From Candidatus Saccharimonadota bacterium (GTDB lineage Bacteria; Patescibacteriota; Gracilibacteria; BD1-5; UBA2023): 32,000 nt of DNA. Shown here one piece after another: positions 30,624 to 32,000 of the stretch. The stretch is from assembly GCA_046350815.1 (NCBI GenBank), contig JAXLZO010000001.1:630001-662000 (forward strand), read 5' to 3'. Made by a program: the position numbers and the translations under genes. The notes beneath the pieces are model-generated. The model was not told the DNA's origin and ran no database searches. It saw nothing but the letters and a program-made list of their open reading frames with translations. The number at the start of each line of letters is the position of its first letter. Within the stretch, counting starts at the first letter, position 1.

Positions 30624-32000
30624 TTAATCCTTTTTTCCGGTGAAAAATTTTTTTAATCCTGTAAGTGCATTTTGGAAGAATCAAGGTTGTTTTTCCTGCT
30701 GCACTATCTTCTGCGATACTGAAGCTTTTTTTGGTGTAGGTTGTTGCATTTTTACCTGCTTTTGCTTCGGTGCATACTCTTTATGTCCAAGCTCATTAAT
30801 GAATTTTCGTAATGCGAGAATAGCATTTTGACTCTTTTCATTTTCCCAGTCTATATTTTTCAGATATTTCTGAATTCACCCCTCACTCATGAGTATCTTT
30901 TTCTCCATTCCTGGAAATACAACTGCTTCATTTGGTGAGTTAAATTGCCCAAGGAACTGATAATACGCCTTCATACGGGTCTCTCAGAGATCTTTTTCTT
31001 GTTGGATTTTATCGTTTTCGTCTTGAAGGATCGCTATTTCAAGGCCTATAAGTTCACTTTGTTGATCTATGGAAAGCTTATTAAAACTCTTAATTCGCCG
31101 AGGATTGCTATCAAAATTTTTCTGTGCACGTTCATTCGCAAGATGAGATATCTCATCATCAGTGTAGAGATTTTTCGTGATTTCTTCCGGTTTGATAGCT
31201 GTTATGAACTCTTCCCATCCAGCATCTGTTGTGATTGCAGATGCAAATTCCGCTTGATGTCTTTTTATGGTGGCAATTCTTTCATCCTCAATTCTTTTTA
31301 ACTCATTCCGATCTTTTTCTTGGATTTTGTAGATGACCGATTCAAGATGATTGCCTTGTCTTTGAGCATCTTCATGATTTCCAAGAACAATAGGCTTAAG
31401 GAGATCGGTAGCTCTCTCTTCAACACTTCTTCCATCATCTTTTCCACTTGGATTGAGAAGGAGTTCTATCGCCTTTATTTGCTCTTCGAGAAGTTTATAC
31501 TGCTCTGGACGACGATCGAGATAGAGATGCTCAAGAAACTTCTTTTTTGGATAGTTCCACCACTCCTTTGCTTTCTCTTTAAAAGTTTTTTCTTCCCCTT
31601 TGTAGAGTTTAATAGCAGGATTGTATTGTTCTAAAAGCATGTATACAAAGTCTCGAGATTGCTCTGTAGTAACATCATTATCACCTTCTTGTTTGATGCG
31701 TGTGCTGTTGATAAGATGGGCAATGTCCTCAGCAATTTGTTCCATCAGTCTTTGTGTATCTAAAAGTACTTCGTTATAAGCATCCTTTCCACTTATCAGT
31801 ACATTCTTATTTCTCGATTTTTTTGAGCTAAATCGTCTTGCTTGAATTTGTCGAAAATTTGCAAGCAAACCATGCATAAAGAGTGTCAGTGAGACAAGTA
31901 ATATAATTTTTGCCGTACGTGGAAGTGATGCAGTGATTGCTGAAGCAAGTTTTCATTCTCTTTTCAAATTATCTATATGTTCAAGAAGGTTGCGAGCCTC
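30624..32000 (-). CDS. large helical/coiled-coil membrane-anchored protein C, 5' partial (more than 458 aa)
   Basis: The minus frame of ORF 30984-31877 stays open to the window edge upstream, through a TM-like AKIILLVSLTLFMHGLL. Downstream it reads through TGA (complement of 30984-30986 and others) to TAA (complement of 30624-30626). The sequence is charged and heptad-like; I recognise no motif. Confidence 0.6.

Noticed and set aside
1-32000. Under the standard code the window looks like a graveyard of pseudogenes (proS, proB, hflX, the symporter and others, all broken).
   Set aside because: All the breaks are TGA, they never shift the frame, and they coincide with conserved Gly positions. 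TAA/TAG stops occur only at sensible gene ends. Codon reassignment explains this better than mass pseudogenisation.

Overview
AT-rich bacterial chromosomal window that is only interpretable if TGA encodes glycine (NCBI table 25, Gracilibacteria/Absconditabacteria-type CPR lineage). In the standard-code ORF track most genes look shattered. Reading TGA as Gly joins the same-frame fragments into about 30 intact genes, and the recoded positions fall on invariant glycines of HflX, ProRS, ProB and an IS1595-family transposase. All coordinates below are my own table-25 re-annotation; only TAA/TAG are treated as stops. Left third (+ strand): a partial TPM/YgcG-like protein, a glutathionylspermidine-synthase-like ATP-grasp ligase, several small or multi-pass membrane proteins, a stand-alone fusA, a 977-aa helical protein of unknown function, and a sodium:solute symporter. 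Middle: hflX-tag-tsaC on the minus strand, and proB-proS plus a C39-like peptidase on the plus strand. The proB group is preceded by a candidate leader/attenuator sitting in a divergent intergenic region. A DsbA-like lipoprotein and an Fe-superoxide dismutase follow. Right third (20.4-32 kb, minus strand): a block of very large, membrane-anchored, mostly helical proteins with no family I can name. These are A (1325 aa), B (originally about 1655 aa), C (partial), and a 97-aa acidic protein. Protein B is interrupted, in frame, by a 753-bp IS1016/IS1595-type insertion sequence with perfect 15-bp inverted repeats and a 7-bp target duplication. The insertion lies between two tandem ~60-aa C-terminal modules. 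I found no rRNA, tRNA or CRISPR array. Functional calls rest on motif recognition by eye; no database search was possible.
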